A stretch of DNA of 60,757 nucleotides, counting the filler, from Candidatus Tectimicrobiota bacterium (lineage in GTDB: Bacteria > JACPSX01): assembly GCA_016193065.1 (NCBI GenBank). It is 7 parts of 7 records of this genome, joined end to end, with 100 filler letters (N's around TTAATTAATTAA, not from the genome) between each part and the next. Parts side by side here need not be neighbours in the genome. Positions count along the whole stretch, not along the records: positions 26,953 to 30,670 come from JACPSX010000075.1; positions 30,771 to 39,291 come from JACPSX010000076.1; positions 39,392 to 48,749 come from JACPSX010000077.1; 4 more parts are not named here. One strand, written 5' to 3'. Under the pieces are notes generated by a model, which made no database searches, had not been told where the DNA came from, and saw only the letters and a list, made by a program, of their open reading frames with translations. Positions 28,948 to 39,392 of the stretch are shown piece after piece. Numbering within the stretch: the stretch's first letter is position 1; the number at the start of each line of letters is the position of its first letter. The translations under genes were made by a program, and so were the position numbers.

Positions 28948-30283
28948 ATGGAAGAAGCCGCAGCAATTCAAACACAGCTTGCCGCCTCCGAAGTGACGGA
29001 AGGAAAGATCATCCGCACCGCCTGGCGGCAGGCCTGGCCCATGACGGTGGCGCAGTTTGCCTCGGCCGCATATACCCTGGTGGATATGTTCTTCGTGGGG
29101 AAGCTGGGCCGCGATGCCATTGCCGCGGTGGCTCTGGGAGGGATCGTTGACAACGTTTCCTGGATCATCATGACGGGCGTGGTGATCGCCAACAAGGTCT
29201 TCATTTCCCGGGAGATCGGCGCAGGGCGCTGGAAGGAAGCCGCTCATTCAAGCTACCAGTCCCTCCTGTTCGGATTCGTACTGAGCCTGTTTGTAGCCAT
29301 TCCCTGCTTCTTCCTGGCCCGGGAGACCCTGATCGTCATGGGGGCACAGGGGGAGGTCGTCACACAGGGGCTGGGGTACTTGCAGATCCTCTCCCTTGGG
29401 GTTCTGGTGAGCTTCCAGGTGCAGGTGGCCCGTTCGATCTTCGAGGCGGTCGGCGATCCCAAGATCCCCATGAAGATTCTCGTTGTCTCCAACATCCTCA
29501 ATGCCATTCTGGCTCCCGCTCTCATCTGGGGAGTGGGAATCATCCCGGCCTTGGGAGTCAATGGGGCCGCTCTCGCCGTGGTTTTGGCCCGCTTGTTTGC
29601 CCTGGGCTGGTTCATGATCCTTCTCCGGAGAAGATTACGCCCTTATCTACCGGTTCATGCAACTGGGAGTCCCCCGCTGCCTTCAGAGGGGCGTGGAAGT
29701 GATCTCCGGGATGCTTCTCATGAGAATTGTAGCCGGCTACGGCACCGCCGCCTTGGCCGCTTACGGGGTGGGTCTGCGAATTGACCTGGCCATGAAGACC
29801 CCGGGGTGGGGGTTCAGCAGCTCGGTCATCACGCTGGTGGGTCAAAACCTGGGAGCTGGGAAGCCCGAGCGCGCGGAAAAAAGCGTCTGGGTGATAATGG
29901 CCATGTATTTAGCGTTTGCGGCCCTGTGCGGGCTGGCTTTTTTCTTTGCTCCCGGAGCCGTCATGGGAATCTTCACACGGGATCCCGAGGTGCTTCAGAT
30001 CGGCTCCCAGTACCTGCGGATCATGACCTTCGGGTACATATTCATCGCCGTAGCCATGGTCTCGGATCGCGCTATGTCGGGAGCCGGTGACACGGTCACG
30101 CCCATGGTGGTGGCCTGCATCTCTCTGGTCGTGTTGCAGCTCTCCGGGGCCCTGCTTCTCCCCCGCATCACCGGCCTGGGGGCCTTGGGGATCTGGATTG
30201 CCATTGCTTTGAGCTATGGTATCTGGGCAGGCACCATACTCAGATTCTTCCGGCAAGGGCAGTGGAAGCACAGGAAGCTGTAA
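28948..30283 (+). pseudogene. MATE efflux transporter, frameshifted near 29640-29660
   Basis: VDMFFVGKLG, GD.K.PM, N.IL.P.LI in one frame; VGQNLGAGK.ERA, GAGDT..PM in another. Confidence 0.8.
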
Positions 30284-30553
30284 TCCCTTCCAGCTTGATG
30301 CAGCACCCCAAGGCACCCTTGCGGAGTTCGGACTGCCGGGAGGACGGGATCCCCAACTCTTCCGGCCATGTTTCCATCACAACGCAGGGGATGATAGCGA
30401 TGCGAGCCTTTTCCGGCCAGCACACAGGCGGCCTTCTCATGGATAACCACCATTCGGGAATCGGCTCCCAAGGGATGGGATGACCGAATTCTTTTTAAGC
30501 TGCGGGCGCTTTGCTATCAAGAGTTTTTCGGGAAACAACGTCCGAGAGGATTT

Positions 30554-30670
30554 CTAAAATAACCAGGCGTCCAGCGAGAGGTAGCCCCCGGCTCCTGAGA
30601 AGATCACCAGGAGCTCACAGGCGATCATCAGGTAGTTGAAAGGAGCGTTGGAGGGATTCTGCCAGCCGCA
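30554..30670 (-). CDS. DoxX-like membrane protein, C-terminal fragment
   Basis: ...LLVIFSGAGGYLSLDAWLF*, not in ORF track. Confidence 0.55.
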   Translation of the reverse strand, partial: CGWQNPSNAPFNYLMIACELLVIFSGAGGYLSLDAWLF

Positions 30671-30770
30671 NNNNNNNNNNNNNNNNNNNNNNNNNNNNNN
30701 NNNNNNNNNNNNNNTTAATTAATTAANNNNNNNNNNNNNNNNNNNNNNNNNNNNNNNNNNNNNNNNNNNN

Positions 30771-31616
30771 ACGCAAGCGGCCTCGGCAAACGTGAACAGC
30801 ACGGACCGGACTAAAATCAACTCCGAAGCCAACGCCCTGGTGAACGAAATTGACCGGATTGCCAACTCCACCAAGTACGCCGGAACCACCCTGCTTGACG
30901 GCTCTTACGGAGTCACCATCAGCGGCCAGACCACGATCACCGCGACGACTGGAGGTCTGGCGTCGGCAACCGGTATGGCGGCAGATACGGACTATCAGTT
31001 GGTGGTCACGGATGGGCAGGGAAGCAACCTGAAGGTCACCCTGACCCTTTCCGGGTCTACGGCAAACGCCCAGACGGTGGACAACGTGGCGGCGCCTACG
31101 GGGTCCAACACCACCTCGGTGAAGTTCGCCGCCTTTGGGATCACCTTGGTATTCAACAGCAACATGGCGGCCGGTTCCACGACCTGGAGCTTCTACGCCA
31201 CGGATGCTGGGAACTCCGACTTCCAGGTGGGGAACGATAACAACTCGAATAACCGGGTCACGATCTCCGTTGGGAACGCGACGGCCACCAGCACGGGCGG
31301 GTTGGGCCTCAGCACGGATATGCTGACCAGCGCCAGTGCAGCCCAGACGGCCTTGGATACGATTGATACGGCCATCAGCACCCTGTCGACCCGGCGCGGT
31401 GATATCGGTGCGGCTGTAAACCGGCTCTCCTATGCCAACGCGAACCTGGCCAGCAACGTGGAGAACACCCAGGCCGCTGAATCGGTCATCCGGGACGCCG
31501 ATATGGCATCGGAAATGACCTCCTTTACCAAGAACCAGATCCTGCTGCAGGCCGGTACGGCCATGCTGGCCCAGGCGAACCTGGCGCCACAGCAGGTCTT
31601 GAGTCTGTTCCGGTAA
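30771..31616 (+). CDS. fliC: Flagellin, 5'-partial
   Basis: EIDRIA..TKY.G..LLDG; RGDIGA..NRL; AES.IRDADMASEM; MLAQAN..PQ.VLSL. Confidence 0.95.
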   Translation, partial: TQAASANVNSTDRTKINSEANALVNEIDRIANSTKYAGTTLLDGSYGVTISGQTTITATTGGLASATGMAADTDYQLVVTDGQGSNLKVTLTLSGSTANAQTVDNVAAPTGSNTTSVKFAAFGITLVFNSNMAAGSTTWSFYATDAGNSDFQVGNDNNSNNRVTISVGNATATSTGGLGLSTDMLTSASAAQTALDTIDTAISTLSTRRGDIGAAVNRLSYANANLASNVENTQAAESVIRDADMASEMTSFTKNQILLQAGTAMLAQANLAPQQVLSLFR

Positions 31617-31649
31617 TCCGGCAGCCAGGAAGGCCACCTAGTGATGCGG

Positions 31650-31682
31650 GTTGGGCAGGCGCATTGAAGCTGCCTGCCCAAC
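31650..31682 (+). terminator. Hairpin after fliC
   Basis: GTTGGGCAGGC...GCCTGCCCAAC; no U-tract. Confidence 0.45.
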
Positions 31683-31712
31683 CCACCCCCAGGGTTTGAA
31701 AGGGGGCTGAAC

Positions 31713-32036
31713 ATGAAAATTACCGAATCTCTGAACCTTCACAATACGGTGCGGCTGCTTCGCCAGGGTACACCCTCGGGAGACAGCCAGCCCTCCGCCG
31801 GGGAGAGCGCCCCACAGTCGAAAGACGCCTATACGGCCGATCCCCCGGCACAAACCCCGGCTCCGGAGCAGAGCGCGACTTACGTCAATTATCGGGTGGA
31901 GAAGCAAACAGGTACCGTGGTCACAAAGGTCATCCGGGAAAAAAGCGGAGAGATCGTCCGTCAGATTCCACCCGATGAAAACCTGAAATTAGCCGCGCGC
32001 CTGCGCCAGGTTTTAGAGCAGGTCCGCAGGAAATAA
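31713..32036 (+). CDS. flaG: Flagellar protein FlaG
   Basis: VV.KVI...SGEIVRQIPPDE.L; between fliC and fliD. Confidence 0.85.
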   Translation: MKITESLNLHNTVRLLRQGTPSGDSQPSAGESAPQSKDAYTADPPAQTPAPEQSATYVNYRVEKQTGTVVTKVIREKSGEIVRQIPPDENLKLAARLRQVLEQVRRK

Positions 32037-32062
32037 CCCCGCTCCATTAAGGGGAACAACCC

Positions 32063-35000
32063 ATGGCCTCAACCAGTTCTATCAGCGGCCTGGCCTCCGG
32101 GATTGACTGGGCCAACATCGTCGATCAGATCATCGCAGTCGAACACCGCCGGATCGACGTGGTCATCGGGAATCAGAATCAATACAATAACAAGCTTTCC
32201 GAATGGAAAAAAGTAAACACCCAGCTCCTGTCGCTGCGCACCAAAGCAGACACCTTGAGGACAGCGGACACCTTTAACGTCTTCCAGAACACGGTGACCG
32301 GCTCTTCCAGCACAGATCCAGCCAAGCTCCTCTCCGTTTCCGCCTCGACCGAGGCTGCGCCCGGAGTGCACACCATTGAAATGTCCTCTACTTCCACCCT
32401 GGCCCAGGCCCGGAAGGTTTCCTCGAAAAGTTATAGCTCGAGCAGCACTGCGCTGAGCCTCTCGGGAGACATTCTCATTAACGGCAAGGCAATTAACATC
32501 GCCTCCACGGACACCCTTAGCGACATCAAGAGCAAGATCAACGCGGCCAACTCCGGCAGCAGCGCCACCGGGGTCACGGCGACGCTCCTGACCGTATCGT
32601 CCACGGACAACCGCCTGGTCCTGACCAGCGACGTGACGGGCCTGAACCAGTTCAGCATCCTGGACGCCAGCACTGGGAACGTCCTGCAAAGCCTGGGGAT
32701 CACGAACAGCACGACGAGCATCAAGAACGCCACGAGCAACGGGGCCCTTTCCGACGAGTTCTCCAGCAGCGACGTGACGATCCGCAGCTTGCTGGGACTC
32801 AATGCCACTCTCAGCTCGACCACCGTGAACATCGGCGGCAACAATGTAACCATCAACCTGGACACCGATACCTCCTCCGTCGTGAGCACCACCGAGGATG
32901 GGGTGACGAAGTATCAGTTGAAGATCGAGAATACAACCTCTTTCACCGACAGCAACAACATTCTGGAGGCTTTGGGCGTCCTGGCGGGAAGCCAGTCCTC
33001 AGTCAATGAGCTCCAGGCCGGCAGCGTGGCCAATCAGAAGACCAGCGCCGCCGGAGGCGGGGCCGTCACGGATGGCACCCAGTGGAACCAGATCAATACC
33101 GGGGGAGACGCCAACAACATCGCCCTCAACGACACGATTACGATCACCGGGACCAAACACGACGGCACCGCCGTCTCCAGCACGTTCACCATTGCGAACC
33201 TAGCCCAGGCGCTGAACGCGGGCAGCGGGTTCCTGGAGACCATCGAGACGGCCTTCGGCGGCGGCGCCGCCGTGGACGCCTACATCAGCGACGGGACCGA
33301 CGGGAACACGGCGGGCCAGATCGTGGTGAAGGACCTCACGGCCGGCGACAGCCAGCTCACCGTGAGTCTGGTGGCCAACAACGAAGGCGGAGGCAGCCTG
33401 AACTTCGGCACGGTGGCCGCGTCTACGCAGGGCTACAGCATGCAGGTCACGGCCGGGCAGGACGCCAACGTCAAGGTCAACGGGGTGACCCTCACCCGCA
33501 GCAGCAACACAATCACGGATGCCATCGACGGCTTGACTCTGAACCTTTTGAAAATCGAGGCTGGGACCACGTTGACCCTCAACGTATCCCGGGATACGGC
33601 CGCCATACAGGCCAGCGTTCAAAGCTTGTTGGACGATTACAATAGTTTCATCAGTTACGTGAACACTCAGTTCACCTATGACGAGAACACCAAGTCCTCA
33701 GGGATTCTCGGAGGAGACACCACGTTGTCCTCCGTCAAGTTCAGCACGATTTCTCTCCTTCCCACGACGTTGAATGCGTTTTCTTTAATTGGAATCAATT
33801 CGGACAAGACCGGCCTGCTTTCCATCGACTCCAGCGACTTTCTCAGCTCGCTGCAAAGCGATTTTAACGGGGTCAAGCGCATCTTCGTGGCCGAAGGCAC
33901 CACGACCAGCGGGGAAGTAACATATCTGAGCCACACGACAAACTCCAAGGCGGGCGATTACGCGGTCAACGTCACCCAGGTCGCCACCCAGGCGGCAACC
34001 ACCGGGGTAAAAAGCCTGCTCAGCGGTATCGGGGCGGGCCAGACCGAAACCCTGCGCATTACCGATACGCTCACCGGCCGCATTGCGACTGTGGCGTTGA
34101 ACGGAGACGCGGGAGAAAACGGCAGCAGTATTGACAACATCGTCAACGCCGTGAACTCGGAATTCCAGACCCAGTATGCCCAAAAACTGGTCGGGAGCGT
34201 GGCGAACGTCCAGATCAGCGATGCTCAGCCCATCACCAGCAATACGGAGTGGAGCGACATCGACGCCAGCCTGCAGGACGGTGACGTGATCTCCTTTACG
34301 GGCACCTACCGCACCGGCCAGACGGTGAGCGGGAGCTACACGATCAGTGACACAGCCACCGATACGGCGCAAGGTTTTCTATCCGCCGTACAAACCGCCT
34401 TTAATAACGAGGTGTCCGCCACCATCAACGCTTCGGGAAAACTCGTCATCACCGACGTGGCGGACGGGGACAGCAACACTTCCATCTCCATCACCGAGCC
34501 CACAGGGGGGGGCCGGACTCTTGATTTCGGAACAGTAACCACTTCCAACAGCGGGGGGGTGGTGGGCCGCTATGCCCTGGAAATCACCGCCTCCAAGGAC
34601 GGCAGCAACCAGTTGGTCCTGACCCACAATCTCTACGGCAGCGCGAACGGTTTCACGATCGCCCAAGTCTCCAACCCGGGAACCACCAATAAAGAAATCC
34701 TCATCGGCAGCCAAGCGAACACCCAAGTGGCCCCCCCAGGAGTCCTCACCAGCTTGACCGCGTTTGACAACATCACGGGTTATACAGCCAACACGTCGGA
34801 TACGATCACGATCAGCGGCAAGGACCACAGCGGCACTACCATCACTCCCGTGGTTTTCAGCGTACATACCGGAGCCGCCTACAAGACCGTACAGGATTTC
34901 CTGACGGCAATCGAGGGCGCCTTCAGCCTGACAGCAGGAAGCGCCACGGTGGACGGCTCGGGAAAGATCGTGATCACGGACAGCACCACGGGATCTAGCC

Positions 35001-35437
35001 AGCTCGCCATGACCCTGACCCCGCCGACCGGTCTGAACTTCGGCACCTTCGCATCCCAAAATACGGGTCTCAGCAACGGCAGCTCCAGCGGCCAGAACGT
35101 TGCAGGAACCATCAACGGGGAAGCCGCCACGGGAGTCGGTCAAGTCCTCACGGGAGACGAGCCGCCCAGCGAAGGAGGAACCGGGGAACTGTTGTACCGG
35201 GAACTAGATTCCCTCACCGATCCCCTAGAGGGCTACGTGACCACGCGCATTGACGGTCTCCAGGATACCGTGACCGACTTGCAAACGCAGATTGACGCGA
35301 TGGAGGCCCAACTGGCCCTGGAAAAGAACAGATTAACCAACCAGTTCATCGTCATGGAAAGCGTCATGAGCCGGATGAAGACATTGAGCAACTGGCTCGC
35401 TCAACAAACCGGCAGCCTCACACAGCTCTTCCGGTAG
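32063..35437 (+). CDS. fliD: Flagellar filament cap FliD (1124 aa)
   Basis: ISGLASGID; GQDA.VKVNG....SSNTITDAIDGLTLNL; C-terminal coiled coil. Confidence 0.92.
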   Translation: MASTSSISGLASGIDWANIVDQIIAVEHRRIDVVIGNQNQYNNKLSEWKKVNTQLLSLRTKADTLRTADTFNVFQNTVTGSSSTDPAKLLSVSASTEAAPGVHTIEMSSTSTLAQARKVSSKSYSSSSTALSLSGDILINGKAINIASTDTLSDIKSKINAANSGSSATGVTATLLTVSSTDNRLVLTSDVTGLNQFSILDASTGNVLQSLGITNSTTSIKNATSNGALSDEFSSSDVTIRSLLGLNATLSSTTVNIGGNNVTINLDTDTSSVVSTTEDGVTKYQLKIENTTSFTDSNNILEALGVLAGSQSSVNELQAGSVANQKTSAAGGGAVTDGTQWNQINTGGDANNIALNDTITITGTKHDGTAVSSTFTIANLAQALNAGSGFLETIETAFGGGAAVDAYISDGTDGNTAGQIVVKDLTAGDSQLTVSLVANNEGGGSLNFGTVAASTQGYSMQVTAGQDANVKVNGVTLTRSSNTITDAIDGLTLNLLKIEAGTTLTLNVSRDTAAIQASVQSLLDDYNSFISYVNTQFTYDENTKSSGILGGDTTLSSVKFSTISLLPTTLNAFSLIGINSDKTGLLSIDSSDFLSSLQSDFNGVKRIFVAEGTTTSGEVTYLSHTTNSKAGDYAVNVTQVATQAATTGVKSLLSGIGAGQTETLRITDTLTGRIATVALNGDAGENGSSIDNIVNAVNSEFQTQYAQKLVGSVANVQISDAQPITSNTEWSDIDASLQDGDVISFTGTYRTGQTVSGSYTISDTATDTAQGFLSAVQTAFNNEVSATINASGKLVITDVADGDSNTSISITEPTGGGRTLDFGTVTTSNSGGVVGRYALEITASKDGSNQLVLTHNLYGSANGFTIAQVSNPGTTNKEILIGSQANTQVAPPGVLTSLTAFDNITGYTANTSDTITISGKDHSGTTITPVVFSVHTGAAYKTVQDFLTAIEGAFSLTAGSATVDGSGKIVITDSTTGSSQLAMTLTPPTGLNFGTFASQNTGLSNGSSSGQNVAGTINGEAATGVGQVLTGDEPPSEGGTGELLYRELDSLTDPLEGYVTTRIDGLQDTVTDLQTQIDAMEAQLALEKNRLTNQFIVMESVMSRMKTLSNWLAQQTGSLTQLFR

Positions 35438-35461
35438 CAGATCAGGGAACAAGGAGTCGAG

Positions 35462-35917
35462 ATGTCACAGAATGCAATCAAAGCCTACGAACAGACCCGG
35501 GTGACGACCGCCGGACAGGGAGAACTGATCCTTCTCCTTTACGATAGCGCGATTACCGCCCTGCGGCAGGCGGCGGGCGAGATCCGCGCGAAACATTACG
35601 AGGCGAAGGGCAGGCTCCTCAGCAAAGCCCGGGAAATCATCGAGGAATTATGGGCCTCCCTGAACCCCGAGGCGGGACCCGTCGCCGTCTCTCTCGATAG
35701 TCTTTATAGCTATATGATCCGGCGGATCCTGCACGCCAACTTAAACCTCGATGCAAAGGCCGCCGAGGAAGTCGCCCGCTTCTTAAGCGAGCTCCGGGAA
35801 GCCTGGGCGGCGGTAGTGAACCGGCCAGGCGTCACGACAGCGGCCGAGGAGAAAGTGAAAGTCGGGCGGAAACGGTCAGAGCGCCCTGCCGTTGCAAATC
35901 CCGGTCTGGGAGGCTGA
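35462..35917 (+). CDS. fliS: Flagellin chaperone FliS
   Basis: AY....V.TA...LILLLYD.AI; L.SLYSYM; LREAW. Confidence 0.93.
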   Translation: MSQNAIKAYEQTRVTTAGQGELILLLYDSAITALRQAAGEIRAKHYEAKGRLLSKAREIIEELWASLNPEAGPVAVSLDSLYSYMIRRILHANLNLDAKAAEEVARFLSELREAWAAVVNRPGVTTAAEEKVKVGRKRSERPAVANPGLGG

Positions 35918-35922
35918 CAGGG

Positions 35923-36384
35923 ATGCCGCCAAACGATTCTCAAGTGCCATCCCGGGTTTGCCAGCTCCTGGAGAAAAAGATCGAGAAGCTGGGCGCGATG
36001 TTGGCGCTGGCGGAGAAGCAAAAGGAAGCAATGGCTCAGAAGAATTGGCAGCGTCTCGGACAGGTCGTTGAGCAACGGATGCAATACACGACCGAGGTGG
36101 ATGCTCTCGATAAGCGACTGGCGGATGTGCTTGGCGGCCAGCAGGGAAATCAGGGAACTCATTTGAATCTCTTTCGGTCCAAACCGATCCGGTCGCTGCT
36201 GGCACAGCTCAGGGACATCCTCCGCCAGCTCTCCGATCTGGAAGCCAAGAGCATGTCCGGCCTGGAGGAACAACTGGAATCGGTTCAAGCTCAATTGAAA
36301 CAGATCCGAAAAACCCGGGTCGGAGTCCTCTCCTACGCGCCCAAGAAATCCCCAGCCGCCCGTTTCGTGGATCTTCAGGGGTAG
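35923..36384 (+). CDS. FlgN/FliT-like flagellar export chaperone
   Basis: Helical protein after fliS ending Y......ARFVDLQG. Confidence 0.6.
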   Translation: MPPNDSQVPSRVCQLLEKKIEKLGAMLALAEKQKEAMAQKNWQRLGQVVEQRMQYTTEVDALDKRLADVLGGQQGNQGTHLNLFRSKPIRSLLAQLRDILRQLSDLEAKSMSGLEEQLESVQAQLKQIRKTRVGVLSYAPKKSPAARFVDLQG

Positions 36385-36587
36385 ATCGGGTTCCGGGGAA
36401 ATCGCCTCGGACCGGGCTCACCCGGCAAGAATTACCCCTGTCAACTATTTGGCAAATGGACCAGAAAAGTTGTCATTTCCTGCCCGGTCGCCCTCAAACT
36501 CCGGAGTTCCCCCCAAGGTTCAAACAGAAGGCCTTCAGGAACAAATAGTTACGGTTTACCCTCCATGGAGATGCTCCTCTACCTTTT

Positions 36588-36603
36588 TGGCATTGGGATT
36601 GCA
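36588..36603 (+). promoter_or_regulatory. Sigma54 -24/-12 promoter
   Basis: TGGCAT-TGGGA-TTGCA. Confidence 0.8.
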
Positions 36604-36623
36604 CTCCCACCAGGAAGGGGTAA

Positions 36624-38225
36624 GTGGAACCCCTTCTTCAGAGGAGGCAACCCGTGGCAGGCGAAAGGGTTCTCGTCGTTGATCCAGATCCAGGTCAACT
36701 GGCACAGATCGAATCCCACCTGCAGGCCAAAGGGTACCACGTGACCCTGGAGCGAAATGGCACGAGAGCCCTCCACTTGCTTCGGGAACATACTTTCGAT
36801 CTCCTCTTAAGCGAACTCGATCTCCCGGGAGCAAGTGGCCTCCAGCTCCTGGAAGAGGCGCAGAGCCTCGGCACCCATAGCTGTGTCATATTGATGGCTA
36901 AAACACCCCCGGTGGAGGTGGTCATTGCGACGCTGCAAAAGGGGGCTTACAGCCTGCTGCGCAAGCCTCTGAACTTCATGGCCCTGGAAGCCACCCTGGA
37001 AAAGGGGCTGGAGAACCGGCAGGCATTCTTGGAAATCCTTGGACTGTCGGAAGATCTCAAGCGCGCCAACCTGGTTCTCAACGAACAGAAAGAGGAACTG
37101 GAGCGCGAGAAGCGCACTCTGGAGGAAAAAATCCGGGAGCTTGATTTTCTCAAAGATCTGAGCAGCGCCATCGGCACCACCCTCGATCCCAAGGAAATTG
37201 CCCTGGCTGTCTCATCGCGGCTTAAAACGGTGATCCCTTACGATTTGTTCCTGCTGTCCTGCACCTTGGAAAAAGGCGCCGTCCTGTTCCTGGATTCCGG
37301 CCTTCCACTGCCGCCCGCCCTGGGGAGCCAAATCAGGGCCCAGGCGCTGCAGGATCTAGCCACTCTAACCGGTTACCTATGCCGGGCGGGGGAGGAAATC
37401 CAGGTGGAAGCCCTCCGGGGAGACCCCTTCCAGGACAACGGAGCCCATTCCTATGGCTCGGAACGGGCGATGGAATGCAAGATCGTTCTTTCCCTGGCCC
37501 AGAAACCTGTCGGGGTCTTAAACCTGATCAATTTCGAGGGGAAACCCTACGGCAACGACCAGATGGCCCTTCTTCATACCGTTGCCAACCAGACAGGCTT
37601 GGCCCTGAAGAACGCCGAAGAACACCGCAAGGTTCAGGAGATGGCCAATCGGGACAGCCTGACCGGCCTTTTAAACCACCGCACGTTTCAAGAGATCTTG
37701 AAGCGGGAATTCAAGCGCATCCTGCGCTACAAGAAACCTCTAGCCATCGGGATGATCGACATCGATCATCTCAAGATGGTCAACGACTCCTATGGGCATC
37801 CGACGGGAGACCAGGTGCTGCGGGAAATGTCCGCCTTGCTGGAACGCTGCATCCGGGAGACCGATGTTCTGGCGCGCTACGGGGGAGATGAGTTCGCCCT
37901 CCTGCTGCCGGAAACCAACCTGGGGGAGGCCAGGATTCTCGGGGAGCGCATGAGGCGCACGGTTGAGAATTTCCCCTTCCGGCTGGAGGGGGGAGAGATT
38001 CATATTACGATCAGCCTGGGCATCTCCAGCTACCCCACCCTGGACGTCTCCACGGGCCATGAGTTGATTGCCAAAGCCGACAAAGCACTTTATAAGTCCA
38101 AGCGGGAAGGGCGCAACCGGGTGTCCACGGCGGGCGAAAGCACGGTTGTAATTAAGAACTTCCCGATGGCCGCCAGCTCTGATTCCAAGCTTCAGGGAGA
38201 TCTATGGAAATCACGGAACTATTAA
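36624..38225 (+). CDS. REC-GAF-GGDEF diguanylate cyclase
   Basis: REC; GAF; DSLTGL.N; RETD I-site; RYGGDEF. Confidence 0.92.
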   Translation: MEPLLQRRQPVAGERVLVVDPDPGQLAQIESHLQAKGYHVTLERNGTRALHLLREHTFDLLLSELDLPGASGLQLLEEAQSLGTHSCVILMAKTPPVEVVIATLQKGAYSLLRKPLNFMALEATLEKGLENRQAFLEILGLSEDLKRANLVLNEQKEELEREKRTLEEKIRELDFLKDLSSAIGTTLDPKEIALAVSSRLKTVIPYDLFLLSCTLEKGAVLFLDSGLPLPPALGSQIRAQALQDLATLTGYLCRAGEEIQVEALRGDPFQDNGAHSYGSERAMECKIVLSLAQKPVGVLNLINFEGKPYGNDQMALLHTVANQTGLALKNAEEHRKVQEMANRDSLTGLLNHRTFQEILKREFKRILRYKKPLAIGMIDIDHLKMVNDSYGHPTGDQVLREMSALLERCIRETDVLARYGGDEFALLLPETNLGEARILGERMRRTVENFPFRLEGGEIHITISLGISSYPTLDVSTGHELIAKADKALYKSKREGRNRVSTAGESTVVIKNFPMAASSDSKLQGDLWKSRNY

Positions 38226-39124
38226 AGGTCGGCCAGCATCTGGACTGTGATCTGGCTCCGGACAGCGAGGGAGAAGAGCGTTATCCCTGCCAGGTCGCCC
38301 ACCTGGAACCGGAGAGGCTCCTTCTGACCATTCTCTCGGAAGCCACCCGGACCCCTGCCGTCCTGCCGGAATGCGACCTGACCCTGCAAGTCATCAAGGG
38401 CCAGGCCCTTTACAGCATCCGGGGCCGGGCAATTTCCTTTGAATTTCCCTATCTCGCCCTGCGCCCGGAGGGCCCCGCGGAACTGATCCAGAAGAGAAGC
38501 TACGTCCGCGTGGAAGACTCCTTCGGCGTGCGCTTCCGCATGCTCGATCCGGAAGAGTACGAGCGCAGACGCTACGAATTCGCCAGCCGCGCCAGCAGGC
38601 GTGGCGAGGCCCGCTCCCTGCTGGCAACAGACTGGTCCCGGGAACTGCAGGAAACCCTGGGAGAGGAGGCGGCAGCCGGACTTGAATCGGTCCTGATCAA
38701 GATGCTGATCGGCCTCGACCGCAAGCTCGACAAGATCATCGAACTCCTGGAGCGTCCCGAGGGCGAGACGGGCTTCTTCAAGGGAACCGGAGTCAACATC
38801 AGCGGAGCGGGTTTTTACTTTGTGACCGAATCTCCGGTTCGGGTTGGAGGCATGATCGAGGCCGCCCTCGAACTCACCGTCTTTCCGGGACTGCACCTCA
38901 TGGCCCTGGGGAAGGCTCTGCGGGTCCGGGAGATCCTGGACTTCCCCGACACCCATCGCCACTTTGAAGTCGCCGTGGAGTTTACGGACATCCACGAGGA
39001 CGACCGGGACGAGGTGATCCGCTACACCTTTCGCCGCCAGCGCGAGCTTCTGAGAACCCAACGTCTGAACAAGACCGACCTGCAATCCAGCGAGACTTCC
39101 ATTCCGCAGCAGGACCTTCTCTGA
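38204..39124 (+). CDS. PilZ-domain (YcgR-like) c-di-GMP effector
   Basis: QKRSYVR (RxxxR), NISGAG, F....E.DRD..IRY.F..QR. Confidence 0.85.
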   Translation: MEITELLKVGQHLDCDLAPDSEGEERYPCQVAHLEPERLLLTILSEATRTPAVLPECDLTLQVIKGQALYSIRGRAISFEFPYLALRPEGPAELIQKRSYVRVEDSFGVRFRMLDPEEYERRRYEFASRASRRGEARSLLATDWSRELQETLGEEAAAGLESVLIKMLIGLDRKLDKIIELLERPEGETGFFKGTGVNISGAGFYFVTESPVRVGGMIEAALELTVFPGLHLMALGKALRVREILDFPDTHRHFEVAVEFTDIHEDDRDEVIRYTFRRQRELLRTQRLNKTDLQSSETSIPQQDLL

Positions 39125-39392
39125 CCTCTCGGCACTTCTGAAAACTCCCGCTTTCCTTGCCTAATCCCAATTTTTCTTGGGCATCCTCGGGTTGCCCCCT
39201 TGGGCTCACGAAGCGCTTGCGACGTGAGTTGTGTCGGCCGGATTGAGAGTTCTCTTCCTCGCAACCGCTTAGATCGCCTACGGGGGCAACCNNNNNNNNN
39301 NNNNNNNNNNNNNNNNNNNNNNNNNNNNNNNNNNNTTAATTAATTAANNNNNNNNNNNNNNNNNNNNNNNNNNNNNNNNNNNNNNNNNNNNC

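Noticed and set aside
36385-36620. c-di-GMP riboswitch upstream of the DGC
   Set aside because: GEMM consensus not found; region explained by a sigma54 promoter
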